From Mustelus asterias (lineage: Eukaryota), in assembly GCF_964213995.1 (NCBI RefSeq), contig NC_135812.1, positions 79,546,001 through 79,610,000 on the forward strand: 64,000 nt of DNA, in the 5' to 3' direction. Position 1 is the first letter of the stretch; each line of letters opens with the position of its first letter. Shown here in pieces: positions 25,869-38,059 of this stretch. The position numbers and the translations under genes were made by a program. The notes beneath the pieces were generated by a model. That model did not search any database. It was not told the DNA's origin and saw only the letters and a list, made by a program, of their open reading frames with translations.

Positions 25869-26005
25869 TGGAGATGCCGGCGTTGGACTGGGGTGAACAC
25901 AGTAAGAAGTTTAACAACACCAGGTTAAAGTCCAACAGGTGTCCGATGACTTTTGCTACCAAATAAACCTGTTGGACTTTAACCTGGTGTTATTAAACTT
26001 CTTAC
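25869..26005 (-). mobile_element. Mini Penelope insertion with inverted pLTR (hairpin) in gene 2 intron 1
   Basis: TSD GGCAAAACATATTG at 25855-25868 and 26006-26019; 39-bp inverted repeat 25902-25940 / 25967-26005. Confidence 0.85.
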
Positions 26006-26036
26006 GGCAAAACATATTGCCAACCTAAGACCCTAA

Positions 26037-26350
26037 ATCATAGATTCGCTACAGTGTAGAAGGAGACCATCGAGCCTGCACTGACAACAATGCCTCCCCA
26101 GGCCCCATTCCAGTAACCCCACGTATTTATCCTGCTAATCCCCCTGACAGTAAGGGGCAATTTAGCATGGCTAATCAACCTAACCCACACATCTTTGGAG
26201 TGTGGGAGGAAACCAGAGCACCCGAAGGAAACCCACACAGACACGGGGAGAATGTGCAAACTCCACACAGACACTGACCTGAGGCCGGAATGGAATCTGG
26301 GTCCCTGGCGCTGTGAGGCAGCAACGCTAACCACTGTGCCACCGAGCCAA
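26037..26350 (-). mobile_element. HE1 SINE
   Basis: Reverse-complement head, V-domain, HER1-type tail. Confidence 0.85.
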
Positions 26351-26816
26351 CATTCTGTAGACTAACCTAGTTAGTGCCACTGCCTTGCAAATTTATTTTG
26401 CTGAAGTGCCCATCCAATTACCTCAATTGGAATCATTAACTCATATCATGATGTTAAAAGGTGAGTTCCCATTTGAGGGGGGGGAGGGGGGCAAATCCAA
26501 CCTCACTTCACCAGTGCTGAGGGGAGGGGTTGCTTGCTGCTGTGTGGGGAAATCACCAGACTTTACCAACCAGTTCCTGTAGAAAGGCTGTTGCAAAGTT
26601 GAAGAGAGCTCTATGGGGTTTGGAAAGGCTATTTAGTGGCAATGGCCTGCTACACACCCGAAGTGGTGCTGCCGGGATAATCCCCCCCAGTTTACCTCCC
26701 ATTGCTGGGGCTTGTTGATCCCTGGCTTCTTTGGCATTGAAGTGCCCCCTCCTTCAAGAGACAGCCACTACTACGAGTGGCACTGCCTGGACTGCTGAGT
26801 TACCAGTTGTCGAATT

Positions 26817-27437
26817 GGCTCGGTGTGGGTGGGGGGGGTGGCTCGGTGTGGGTGGGGGGGTGGCTCGGTGTGGGTGGGGGGGTGGCTCGGTGTGGGTGGG
26901 GGGGTGGCTCGGTGTGGGTGGGGGGGTGGCTCGGTGTGGGTGGGGGGGTGGCTCGGTGTGGGTGGGGGGTGGCTCGGTGTGGGTGGGGGGTGGCTCGGTG
27001 TGGGTGGGGGGGTGGCTCGGTGTGGGTGGGGGGGTGGCTCGGTGTGGGTGGGGGGGTGGCTCGGTGTGGGTGGGGGGGTGGCTCGGTGTGGGTGGGGGGG
27101 GCTCGGTGTGGGTGGGGGGGGCTTGGTGTGGGCGGGGGGGTCGGTGGGTGGGGGGGTTGGTGGGGGGGGGTCGGTGGGTTTGGGGGGTCGGTGGGGTGGG
27201 GGAGGGTCGGTGTGGGGTGGGGGGGGTCAGTGTGGGGGGGGGTCGGTGTGGGGGTGGGTCGGTGGGGGGGGTCGGTGGGGGGGTGGGGTGGTTGGGGGGG
27301 GTCGGTGTGGGGGGGTCGGTGGGGGGGGCGGGGGTCGGTGGGGGGGGCGGGGGTCGGGGGAGGGGGGCGGTGGTCGGTGGGGGGGGTCGAGGGGGGGGTC
27401 AGTGGGGGCGGGGGGGGTCGGTAGCGGGGGGGCGGGT
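26817..27437 (+). repeat. G-rich ~22-bp minisatellite (G-quadruplex-prone) in gene 2 intron 1
   Basis: Unit GGCTCGGTGTGGGT-G(6-8)-T, about 14 copies, then degenerating to ggtcggtgggggg. Confidence 0.9.
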
Positions 27438-27638
27438 TGAAAGGGTCAGGCCACTATCCTCAAATGAAGTTAATTGGATAGTCCAGCACAATGCTGCACG
27501 CCTGGGTCCCATTGCCCACCAAAGCAAGTTTATCTGCTGCATTCAACAGGACATGATCCACTGAAACAAACTCAGCCTTGCGTTTTTAGTGATTTTTCTC
27601 TATTACCTTCATATTAGCAGGTGAACTGAATTCCGGTA

Positions 27639-30600
27639 ATGGATATACACCGTGCAATAATTTTCCTTAATGTCATCTTATGCAAAGGTGCATCCTTTGC
27701 ACAGAGTAAGTATTGGAATATTACTCAATTTATAGTTCATTGAACACTGATTATCACTGAGGCAATCTCAACTAATGAAAATTCTTGTTTTTCAGGCTTT
27801 GTGTCATTAGATTGTGAGAATGTAGCGACAGGAATATTGAATGAAGACACTAAACTAACATGCTCAATCCAATCAACAATAGTAAAAACATATGATTACA
27901 TTGAACTGAGTAAAATTGAAAAAAATGAAAAACGAACATCCGTGTTCAGCTTAAAAGCTGGTGCCAAACAACCTCATAATCGAATTATAATAATTCATCC
28001 AGATTCAAAAAATGTATCACTGTTAATCCAGAAAACACAGCTGCAAGATGAAGGGAATTATCAATATTATTTGGAAACAGTTTCTGGTCATGACTATCAA
28101 GTCATCACGTTGAAGGTTAAAGGTGGGTAACAGTATTCTTTCCCTGATATTCTCCCTTCTATTGGTTGCCTGTAATTAGCAACAAATTCCTATTTTGTTT
28201 GCACAGGGCGGCACGGTGGCACGGTGGTTAGCACTGCTGCCTCACAGTACCAGGGCCCAGGTTCAATTTCTGACTTGGGTCACTGTGTGGGGTTTGCACA
28301 TTCTCCCCGTGTCTGCGTGAGTTTCCTCCGGGTGCTCCGGTTTCCCCCCACAATCCAGATGACGCGCTGGTTAGGTGCATTGGCCATGCTAAATTCTTCC
28401 TCAGTGTACCAGAACAGGTGCCAGAGTGTGGCGACCAGGGGATTTTCACAGTAATTTCATTGCAGTTTTAATGTAAGTCTACTTGTGACAATAATGAATA
28501 AACTTTAAACTCAAACTTATCTAAAAGCTTGACATGTGAGAGTCAAACAGTAAGTTATAATAAGAGTCATGTTGAGAGAAGAAATCATGGTTATGCATTT
28601 CTAAAAAACCTTTCATATCTTTAGAACATCTTAAATCACTGAAGTTAGAGGAGGATGCACATGCACTATTTGCTATGTAATCTAAACAGTTTGGAATTCA
28701 CATATTCAGAAATCAGATCAAAATCCCAAATTTGAGCCATTAAATATTTTCTTCACCCCTACACATCTGTCACCTTAAGTAAATAAATTAAATCCCTACT
28801 GCTGTCATCTTATTGTTGTGGTCTATTGCTGGCTGATGAAGTGGAGAAACTGCTCCTATGTTATTCTATGCCTCTCTCTTATTACATTAATAAAAATGTA
28901 ATTTATTTTCAGCTCCATACAGTTTGCCAAAAGTGAGGTTGGCATCAAATGTCACAAGAAGGATGAAAGCGACGGACCTCATCTGTGAAACGACTGGCTA
29001 TCCACTCTCTGAGATTCACTGGTTTGTCTATGAGAAAACAAACCTCACCTCTCGTGCTGAAACTAATCACGTAAAGACCTCACAGGGGCTGTTCAAGCTC
29101 ACCAGTACACTTCCGATCACCGTTGCAGAAAGTGCTTTGGAAGGCAATTACACTTGTGCTGTGTGGAATGTGGAAGAACGTGTATATGAGGTTAAGAAGC
29201 ATTTTCCAAGTAAGTTCATAGCTTTTATCCAAAACAGTCTCAGAAAATAGCTGCTTAAAGAATTGATTTTGTTCTTTTCTTGTGTTGAAGATGAGTGCAA
29301 TGCCACAAAATCTAATTTACCACCTGTAACCATTTTTCTTGAGAAGGTTTTGTGGCTTCCTATTAAACTGCTGCCATCCTTTTCCTCTGTGCAGTTCCAA
29401 CTTCAACATGTCCCTTTATAATTAATATCATCATTATTATACATGCAAAGGTTGAAACTGGAGATTGCAATTAATTAAATTTTTCCACCCAACTTTTCAG
29501 TTCCCTTCTTGGATGAACCTAATACTCACCGGCAAAGTGAAGAAAAAAAGACTCAGGTTCTCACGGCCATCTTTGTCATTGTTGGAGCGCTTGCAATTGG
29601 AATAATCATCTTGACTATTTTTCGATTCAGGAGAAATTTATATACAGGTATGATGATTGTGTAAAGGTTTCTGATTTCTAACAAACTTTTCAGACTTTGA
29701 TACATAAATTCTGACATCTTATTGAAAAAATACCCTTGCTTGATTTTTTTTTGTTTTTGAATACAGCCCAGAATCTAGAAACCTGATAATTCTGTTTAAA
29801 CATATTATCTGGCCAAGAAAGGGAGGGCGGAATCTGAAACACTCTCAATGGCTTCAGGTTCTGCCTGGCATTCTTATTCACTTCCCAGAGTTGTGTGCTT
29901 ATTAGGTTCTTAGCCCAATCATTGGATGTCCAGTACCTCTCTGAGGATGAAAACATTCACCAAATATTTGCTTAAGAAATAGAAAGAAGTTTAATGCTCT
30001 GGATTTTCCCTACTTGACCTGAGTCTTCTTGCTTCCTTACATTCTAGTTGGTTAAAGTGGATAGGTGAAAAGGTGGCTGATTAACGCACCACGATAATAA
30101 GCCTGTTACCCAGCTTCTAGCTAGAGAATGTAGAAAAACTCCAGATTAGTCACATTGAATAACTCTGGAGCACCTTCTGTTGAGCTGCATCCAAACATCA
30201 AACAGAATTGGAGGAGGTAGCTGCAGGAATGAGTCATCTGTGACACTTCAAATCACAAATTCCAAGCTGTAGTGTTTAGTACAGGAAGAAGCCAATCAGA
30301 TAGGGGAAAAAAGGAAACATTCTCTATGTAGGAACTACAACTTCTAAAAAAATCATCCTCTAGTTGTGATCAACGTTTATTGCCCTGAAAATACATTTTT
30401 CTTTGTAGCCTTTTATAACTGACTGGCCTGCTGGGCTAATTCAGGGATCAGTTAAGAATCAACCGCATTGGTGTAGGACTTGAGACACATATCAGACAGA
30501 CAGAGTAAGAACTGTAGGTTTCCTTTGCAAAAAAAGATTAGTAAACCCTTTTGTTTTTACAACATGGTCAAATATTGACCAAAGATTCAGGGTCACCTTC

Positions 30601-32244
30601 TAAAAATTTAAAGTTTATTTATTAGTGTCACAAAAAGGCTCACATTAGCACTGCAATGAAGTTACTATGAAAATCCCCTAGTCGCCACACTCCGGCGCCT
30701 GTTTGGGTATACTGAGAGCGAATTTAGCATAAGAACATAAGAAATAGGAGCAGGAGTAGGCCATCTAGCCCCTCGAGCCTGCCCCGCCATTCAATAAGAT
30801 CATGTCTGATCTGAAGTGGATCAGTTCCACTTACCCGCCTGATCCCTATAACCCCTAATTCCCTTACCGATCAGGAATCCATCTATCCGTGATTTAAACA
30901 TATTCAACGAGGTAGCCTCCACCACTTCAGTGGGCAGAGAATTCCAGAGATTCACCACCCTCTGAGAGAAGAAGTTCCTCCTCAACTCTGTCCTAAACTT
31001 ACCCCCCTTTATTTTGAGGCTGTGCCCTCTAGTTCTAGTTTCCTTTCTAAGTGGAAAGAATCTCTCCATCTCTACCCTATCCAGCCCCTTCATTATCTTA
31101 TAGGTCTCTATAAGATCCCCCCTCAGCCTTCTAAATTCCACGAATACAAACCCAATCTGCTCAGTCTCTCCTCATAATCAACACCCCTCATCTCTGGTAT
31201 CAACCTGGTGAACCTTCTCTGCACTCCCTCCAAGGCCAATATATCCTTCCGCAAATAAGGGGACCAATACTGCACACAGTATTCCAGCTGCAGCCTCACC
31301 AATGCCCTGTACAGATGCAGCAAGACATCTCTGCTTTTATATTCTATCCCCCTTGCGATATAGGCTAACATCCCATTTGCCTTCTTGATCACCTGTTGCA
31401 CCTGCAGACTGGGTTTTTGCGTCTCATGCACAAGGACCCCCAGGTCCCTCTGCACAGCAGCATGTTGTAATTTCTTTCCATTTAGATAATAATGCATGGC
31501 CAATGCACCTAACCAGTACGTCCTTCGGACTGTGGGAGGAAACCGGAGCACCAGGAGGAAACCCACGCAGACACGGGGAGAAGGTGCAAACTCCATATAG
31601 GCAGTGACCCAAGCCAGGAATTGATTGCAGGTCCCTGAAGCTGTGAGGGTTATAAATACCAAGGTTCCTTTTAAAAAAATGGAATTCATATTCTTTCGCT
31701 GTGATAATGGGATTTGAACATATGTCCTTGGGATTGCTAGAACAATTTCTTGAATAGTTTGTTAACGTGACCGCCACATAATCACCGAGTCAAGTTGGAA
31801 GAAGAAAAATTGTAAGGCAAATAGGTGATTGCATTTATTTTGGATCCCCTTTCTTATCAGATCATTTTTGTAAATCATTGGACAAATGAGTTAGAGAAAC
31901 TCTTCAAGTGTCAATTAGTCAAAATATGAGCATTGTTGATAACTGATAAAATTATCACAATTGTACAGAGATTGCTATATTTCATACGATTGGAACTACA
32001 AGAAATAATGGACTACAGTTTTGTACAGCTGGAGATGTATATTCAAATTTTATGTACTAGAAATAATGAATTAATTGTTTCTTTATTGTTTTACTTTCAG
32101 TGATTCAAAGGGAGTCGACAATGCCAATGGTAGGTGCGATTTGAAATATCTGAATTTTTTTTTCGAAGACTTTCTGTCATTGGTTTCATCATTTCCTTCA
32201 TTTCATTTTAACAGATGCAAAGTGTCCAGGGTGCTGATAGTTAA
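27639..32244 (+). CDS. Gene 2: B7-family / PD-L1(CD274)-like type I membrane Ig-superfamily protein, 298 aa
   Basis: Exons 27639-27705 (MDIHRAIIFLNVILCKGASFAQ), 27796-28122 (IgV), 28913-29209 (IgC), 29501-29647 (TM), 32101-32129 (VIQRESTMPM), 32215-32244 (MQSVQGADS*). Total 897 nt, open. V/C junction SGHDYQVITLKVKAPY resembles PD-L1 GGADYKRITVKVNAPY (from memory). Confidence 0.88.
27796..28122 (+). CDS. Gene 2 IgV exon
   Basis: tttcag acceptor, AAG/gtgggt donor; TKLTC...NVSLLIQKTQLQDEGNYQY. Confidence 0.9.
28206..28510 (+). mobile_element. V-SINE in gene 2 intron 3 (absent from the paralogous gene 3 position)
   Basis: gggcggcacggtggc head; flanks align across it to 43080-43100. Confidence 0.87.
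28913..29209 (+). CDS. Gene 2 IgC exon
   Basis: APY...LICETTGYPLSEIHW...GLFKLTSTL...NYTCAVWN; /gtaagt donor. Confidence 0.9.
29501..29647 (+). CDS. Gene 2 stalk + transmembrane exon
   Basis: VLTAIFVIVGALAIGIIILTIF followed by RFRR; tttcag acceptor, CAG/gtatga donor. Confidence 0.87.
30731..31493 (-). mobile_element. CR1 LINE 3' fragment inserted into a V-SINE (30605-30730 / 31494-31648) in a gene 2 intron
   Basis: ORFs 30821-31141 and 31123-31689; short GCAT duplication at the junctions. Confidence 0.9.
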
Positions 32245-33156
32245 TAACGATTGCAGCGAACACTCCTTATTTCCACTTGTGATGAATGCATTGATATCAT
32301 GGACTACTTCAAGAACATTTTTGTGATATGATGCTTCAAGCATACATCCCAGCCACGTCCTTGCGGATGGCAGAAGGTGAATGCACATCATACAGATTAT
32401 TTCAAGCACTGTCACTTTCCAGTGACCACCTGGAATCTCCAACTATTTTTAGTGATTGATCAAGATGGTAATTCAGCCTCTGTCACTGTGCTAGAGTCTT
32501 CACTATTTGCTTTTGTATATAGAGAACCAAACCAAAGGTTGGATACTAACACCGTCCACAAACCATTTGATCCATAAAACATGAGAACGCCACAAACTAT
32601 AGAGAGCTTGGCCCTCAATCTTGACTGTTTTTCAAGGAATGTCCCTATTTTACAGCTGGGTTAATAAATGGATTCATTTGTGATGCCACAGCACTCTATA
32701 AAAGGAGAAGAAGACCATAGAGACTCATTCTTACTTTGAAAACATTCTTCCTGCTGGTTGATTGCAGAAATATTGTGAAAGAGTTGGTGTGACTCTAATT
32801 TTCACTCAGTAGGAGAGGAAATGCTATTGTAAGCAACTATGTTGGAAAACTGAAGTAGGGAGAGGATTTCTCACTTCACAAAATTATTTCCTCAATTAGA
32901 TTTACACATGTAATTGGTTTTAATTTAAAATGGAATGTATAATTCTTCAACATGTTGATTTATTTGTATTCTAACTATTTGATGGAACCATGAAATGAAT
33001 GGGAAATTAATATATTTTTTGTAAAATTTGAGATGCTTGATATCCTGTTCTCACTTTGGGGTGAATACCATTTGTAAATACATTTTAAATAGTATAAATT
33101 ACCTATTTTTCCTTTACCACCATTTTGTATCAATGTATAAAGATAGTGTACCTTCT

Positions 33157-33486
33157 TGTGGTGAACCATCGTTGGTTCCCACTAGATAGTACTGAGCCAG
33201 GGTCTGGCCAGTACTACAAGTATGTATATATGTTGCTGTTGGGGTTAGCGATGGGTTGTTCTACTTGTTGCTGTTGGGGTTAGGGTTGGGCTGTTACATC
33301 TTGTATTATAGTTATTGTGGTACATCCCAGTCGGGCTCCGCCTCCTGGGAGAGGTATAAAGGTCACTGCTCTGTCTGGGACTCCTCAGTCTGGGATCGTG
33401 TATATAATTAGTAGCTTCGTTGTAACAGCAAATAAAAGCCTTTATTTCCTGAGCATCTCAAGCCTCGTGTGTGATAACGCGCATCA
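33157..33486 (+). mobile_element. Solo LTR (330 bp) downstream of the gene 2 stop codon
   Basis: TG...CA; 5-bp TSD CTTCT; TATAAA 33355, AATAAA 33431. Confidence 0.85.
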
Positions 33487-35554
33487 CTTCTAAAGCTTAA
33501 TGAACATGGTTCTCTTTTTCTTGATTATAGACCTTTAATATATGAATTTGGGAGCAATGGTACGGATAAGACATTGAGATTCTTGATGGAGCAGATTGTG
33601 CGTACATTTTTTACTACTAGTACAGTTGAAAAGGAGTGAAAAGAGCAGGTTTAATGGAATAATATTTGTGGGGCAGGAATGCTCTTCCAGACCAGACAGA
33701 TGTACTCTGACTGCTGCCACTCTGGGCTACCCACCTCAGCACCATTCCCCTCCCCATGATTGCTAGGATTCCCCAGATCTTACCTTGGTTGCAGACTGGG
33801 CCACAGGATCGTGCACTTATCCAAATCCATTGAGGTGCAGCCTGTTCATGTTGCTTCGATTTAAATAGCAGCTTGTGTCTCAAATTGGATTTATTCTCTA
33901 CACTACTGGAGGAGATTGCCAGGTCTCATGCTTGACGACTGAATGGTTCACTCTCATTCTCCCAAAACTCTACAGTCAGTTTCACAGTTGGAGGCCATTC
34001 AATCCATCAAGTCCATGCTAGCTCACTGCAGAGCAATCCAGTCAGCCTCACTCCCCTGCTGATTCCCAATTGCCCCGCATTTATTTCCTCCAAGTGCTCA
34101 TCCAATGTCTTGTCTACACCCCTGATTGATTCCACTTCAACATTCCCCTCACCATTGCGGGCAGCAAGTTCCAATCATCTGATTGTGGCCCCAATGCCAC
34201 TTGTCTAACTGTCCCTTGACTCCCTTGTACCTCAAAGATCTGTCCAACACGGCCTTGAATATATTCATTGACCCAGCCCTCGTGCTCTCTGGGTTAAGAG
34301 TATTACAAAGGTTAATGACTTTCTGAGAAAATAAATTCCACTCCCCATCCTCCCATCTAGGTCATAAATGGGCGACAACTTACTGTGAAATTGTACTCCT
34401 TAGTTCTAGATTCCCACATGAGGAGAAATAATAGCCTGGATCTTCCTGAAACCAACAATGACCAATGTTGAGACATTTGCCTCTGTTGTGCATTGAGACC
34501 CTTCAGAAGACCAAACATGCATGGTATTGTCTGGGAAGCTTATATTCCTGATGGACAGGTCTATGTTTCCCAGGTCCTCTGAGAATATCTCAGACATTGA
34601 GCTCAGTGGGCCGGTTGTACAATGCTTACCCAGATAATTACACAAGCATTGTTCCTCTGTTCCTGGCATAAGTCAATGATTAACAGCAAAGCCCATCCCA
34701 TTGCCCCGACAGCACCCACCCGTACACAAGCCTCCATGGCCCCTACAAAGCCCACCACCCATCCCAACTGCCTCCACTTCCCACTGATTATTCACCCCCG
34801 ACCACTCACCCTGCAATTATCCAGTTCCCCGACCTGTCTATCCCAGCCCTTCCCCACCCACACCCAACCACACAACCCGACTCCCCATCCCCCGACTATC
34901 CAACCACATGTCCTGAATACCCACCCCCACACTACAAAATCAGCCAAGTACCTAACCATCTCACCACCCAAACCACCTTGCAATATTCCCCACCCCAACT
35001 AACCCTTTAAAAAAACCCTTCAGGCATTTAAAAACCTATGTGAACATGGCAGAGTCAGAACATGTGAACATGGCAGAGTCAGAAGACAGGTGTCTTTCCG
35101 TATCTCTGTCCAAAGGGGTTAAAAGGCTGGAAATCTAGCATCCATGCTAGATTTGTGCTAACTGATTCCGAAGAAGGCTGTATGTGGGAACAGTGCTTAA
35201 ATTGGAACTGTGGAAATAGCAGTTAAGAATTATACCTTGTTATGTTTAAGTATTTCAGTTGGTAAAAGTTATTCAAATTCTTTTTGGTATATTTTAACTG
35301 TATTGTTAAAAAAAAGTTTTTTAAAAATAAAAGTTTCCTAATGAATTAATAGAATCACACCTGGAGCGAAACACTGTAGCCTGGCACTAATGCCAAAATC
35401 AAAAAAAGTCAGGGATCTAGGCTAACTTTATAATGTATCTTGGGATTTCTGATCTGCTCTCGAACACTGTTCATTCTTCTAAACTCCAGATACAGGTCCA
35501 ACATGTTCAACCTCTCCCTTGCTATTTCTTAAACCATTTGCTTTCTCTGATGAT

Positions 35555-35810
35555 CCCGTGGTACTATTTCAAAGAAGGGGAATTATCCAAGTTCCTGGTC
35601 CATATTTATCTGCCAATCCAAATCACTAAAACAGATTCGCTGGCCATTATCACATTGCTGTTTGTGAGAGTTTGCTGTGTACAAAGTTACCAGCTGTGTT
35701 TTAGCATTGGGACAGTGACTACACTTCAAAGGGATTTTATTGGCCATAAGGCCTTTTTAAAAAATCCAGGGGTCATGGAAAGTGTTACTTAAATGTAGAT
35801 CTTTCTTTGA
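35555..35810 (+). mobile_element. DeuSINE (SacSINE1/AmnSINE1-like) fragment
   Basis: cattatcacattgctgtttgtg..cagtgactacacttcaaa Deu-domain-like motif (from recall). Confidence 0.6.
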
Positions 35811-35854
35811 ACATAGAATTCCTGCTTAAATGTGAGTGATGAGGAAATAAAAAT

Positions 35855-36062
35855 TTAAGTTTATTTATTAGAGTCACAAGCATGCTTACGTAAAAAAAGG
35901 AATGAAGTCATTGTGAAAATCCCCGAGTCACCCGGACGAAACCCACGCAGACACGGGGAGAACATGCAAACTCCACACAGACAGTGACCCAAGCTGGGAA
36001 TCGAACACGGGTCCCTGGCACTGTGAAGCAGCAATGCTAACCACTGTGCCACTGTGCCACCC
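35855..36062 (-). mobile_element. V-SINE with internal deletion
   Basis: Reverse-complement head and V-domain joined to tail. Confidence 0.75.
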
Positions 36063-36224
36063 TAAAAGGAAGAGGAAGATAGAATTGCATAGTGGTCTAT
36101 GACAGGGAAAAAGGTTAAGAACAAAGGTTTGTGGTAATATCGACATTTCCAGCTTACTGAACTACCAAATACGTTATTCCAGTCCTCTGCCCAAACCAAT
36201 ATAAATGGCACTTTAAAAAAAATT

Positions 36225-36414
36225 TAACTGCGTTCTTAAAGTTACAAAGCCAATGCTCAGAGTGGACTGGGCAAACCCAAATCCATCTCCTTCCTTGTTC
36301 CAAAAACCAAATTCAAACTGAGTCCGATTCATGGCCCCAGAAGAGAAACATACAAGATCCAAGCTAACAAGATAAGGCATTGCACCCATCTTGGGCTTGA
36401 TCTGACATTTGATC
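36225..36414 (-). pseudogene. Dispersed U2-variant copy: modified 5' module plus U2 3' half (Sm-site-like, stem III)
   Basis: Minus strand reads gatcaaatgtcagatcaagcccaagatggg...cttatcttgttagcttggatc...ggtttttggaacaaggaaggagatggatttgggtttgcccagtccactctgagcattggc, aligning to U2 GGATTTTTGGAGCAGGGAGATGGAATAGGAGCTTGCTCCGTCCACTCCACGCATCGAC. Confidence 0.75.
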
Positions 36415-37727
36415 ATATACTCTTGTGCGCTGCAATCACATTTTCTCGCTTCTGTTAAATCCCCATCCGCCACCTCTTTACTTTAGGTTTCCCTGCCTTA
36501 TTGGACAGATAAGTGACTTGGTCATGAGGAAATAACACTGGGCTTACAATTGGAGTTGCTGCATTCTTGGCATGACTCCCAGACTCAAGGTGACGTTATA
36601 TGTTACTGGCTGTAATAGGATTCCTTGAAACTGTCCTGAAATAGTCCAACATGAACATCTCCCAAAACTAAACGAGATTCAGAACTCACGAAACAATGAA
36701 ATGTTCTCAGGTTTGGACTTGTTGCTAAACTCAGTTTTAAATGCTGGGGGCCATGAATGAGCTGATTTGGACAAGTTTCAAAAATCCTCTCCGGGGGAAC
36801 AATTAGCAGCTCACTTTTCCGGGAAATCATATGAGAAAAGCTAAAGCGTGCATGAAAAGTCTTGGCAACTGGGTACGCTGAGTGAAGTCCCAATCCAGGA
36901 AATGCCACTCCATTGTTCAAGAAAACTGTCCCCAATACATTCTAGAAATTATAACTCCCTTTACCACTGCTCTGCTTTAATCAGTCCCTGTGAAAATGAA
37001 AATTTTCCATTAACCATTTTATTTTTGCCACGAATCCCTGTTCTCTTTATTTATGTACAGTCCTGACTACTGTTAGAAGATTGTAGACAAATCCTGCATT
37101 CCTTGCCTGCCCCCCATCTCCCCTCCTCCCTCCCCCCTGCCCCTTCTGCTAATTCCATATCTCACTCATCATGACTGAAATCTCTTTTAATCTGCGGCAA
37201 TGGATCTTTCAGCAATATTTCCAAGAAATTGATTACAGCAAGGCAGGAGCAAGAACATCCAATTTTATTGGGTTGCTTATGTTGCTTTACAAACTTGGAC
37301 AGCCAGAGTTTCCAATCCCTGAATGAACAGATTCTTTTCATTCATTGTGAAGGTTAATGACAGATTTTCTGTGTGCTATCATGATTGGAATGCAATTAGA
37401 ATTATTCTGGGAAAATAGTGTGAATGGTTTACCGGTGAAGGAGCCTTAGCTCCTCCTGCTCACCTGAATGACTCAGCTGTGTGCAAGTAGATAGGAACGC
37501 TGAACACCTCACCTAGAGTGTTCATTACTACAGGAAAACGTATTCTTTATCTGAGACAGTTCAGGGAGGGCTCTGAAATATGCTGACATTTATGTTCTAT
37601 ATTGCAGCCAACTGTACTCAGTTGAGTTATAAAAAGGTAAACCATATGGATCATCTTTAATTACATTACAGTGCAGCATATACATCAAAGTATTGTTCTA
37701 CTGTAACACTCAATGTCAACATCAAAA

Positions 37728-38059
37728 GGCTGGCATGGTGGCACAGTGGTTAGCATTGCTGCCTCACAGTGCCGAGGGCCTGGGTTCAATTCCAACCTTC
37801 TGCAACTGTGAGGAATTTACATGTTCTCCCTGTGCCTGCGTGGAGTTCCTCCGGGTGCTCTGGTTTCCTCCTACACTCCAAAGATGTGCAGGTTAGGTGG
37901 ATTGGCCATGGTAAATTGCCCCTTAGTGTCAGGGAGATTAGCAGCATAAATACATGGGGTTATGGGGATAGGGCCTAGGGTGTTCAGTGTTCCTAGATTG
38001 TTGTTGGTGCAAACTCGATGGGCTGAAAAGTTTCTTTCCGCACTCTAGGGATTCTATGA
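37728..38059 (+). mobile_element. HE1 SINE
   Basis: Head, V-domain, ggattctatg tail. Confidence 0.85.

Noticed and set aside
26731-27564. Long Gly/Trp/Val-rich ORFs (277, 215, 205 aa)
   Set aside because: Translations of the G-rich minisatellite; open in three frames only because the repeat lacks stop codons.
31123-31689. 188-aa ORF
   Set aside because: Read-through from a SINE into the nested CR1 fragment.
27639-32244. Assigning the symbol CD274/PD-L1 or CD276
   Set aside because: Architecture and some motifs fit, but the V domain is atypical and there is no synteny or phylogenetic evidence in the window.
33241-33290. Telomere-like GGGTTAGGGTT
   Set aside because: Only one to two units, inside a solo LTR.
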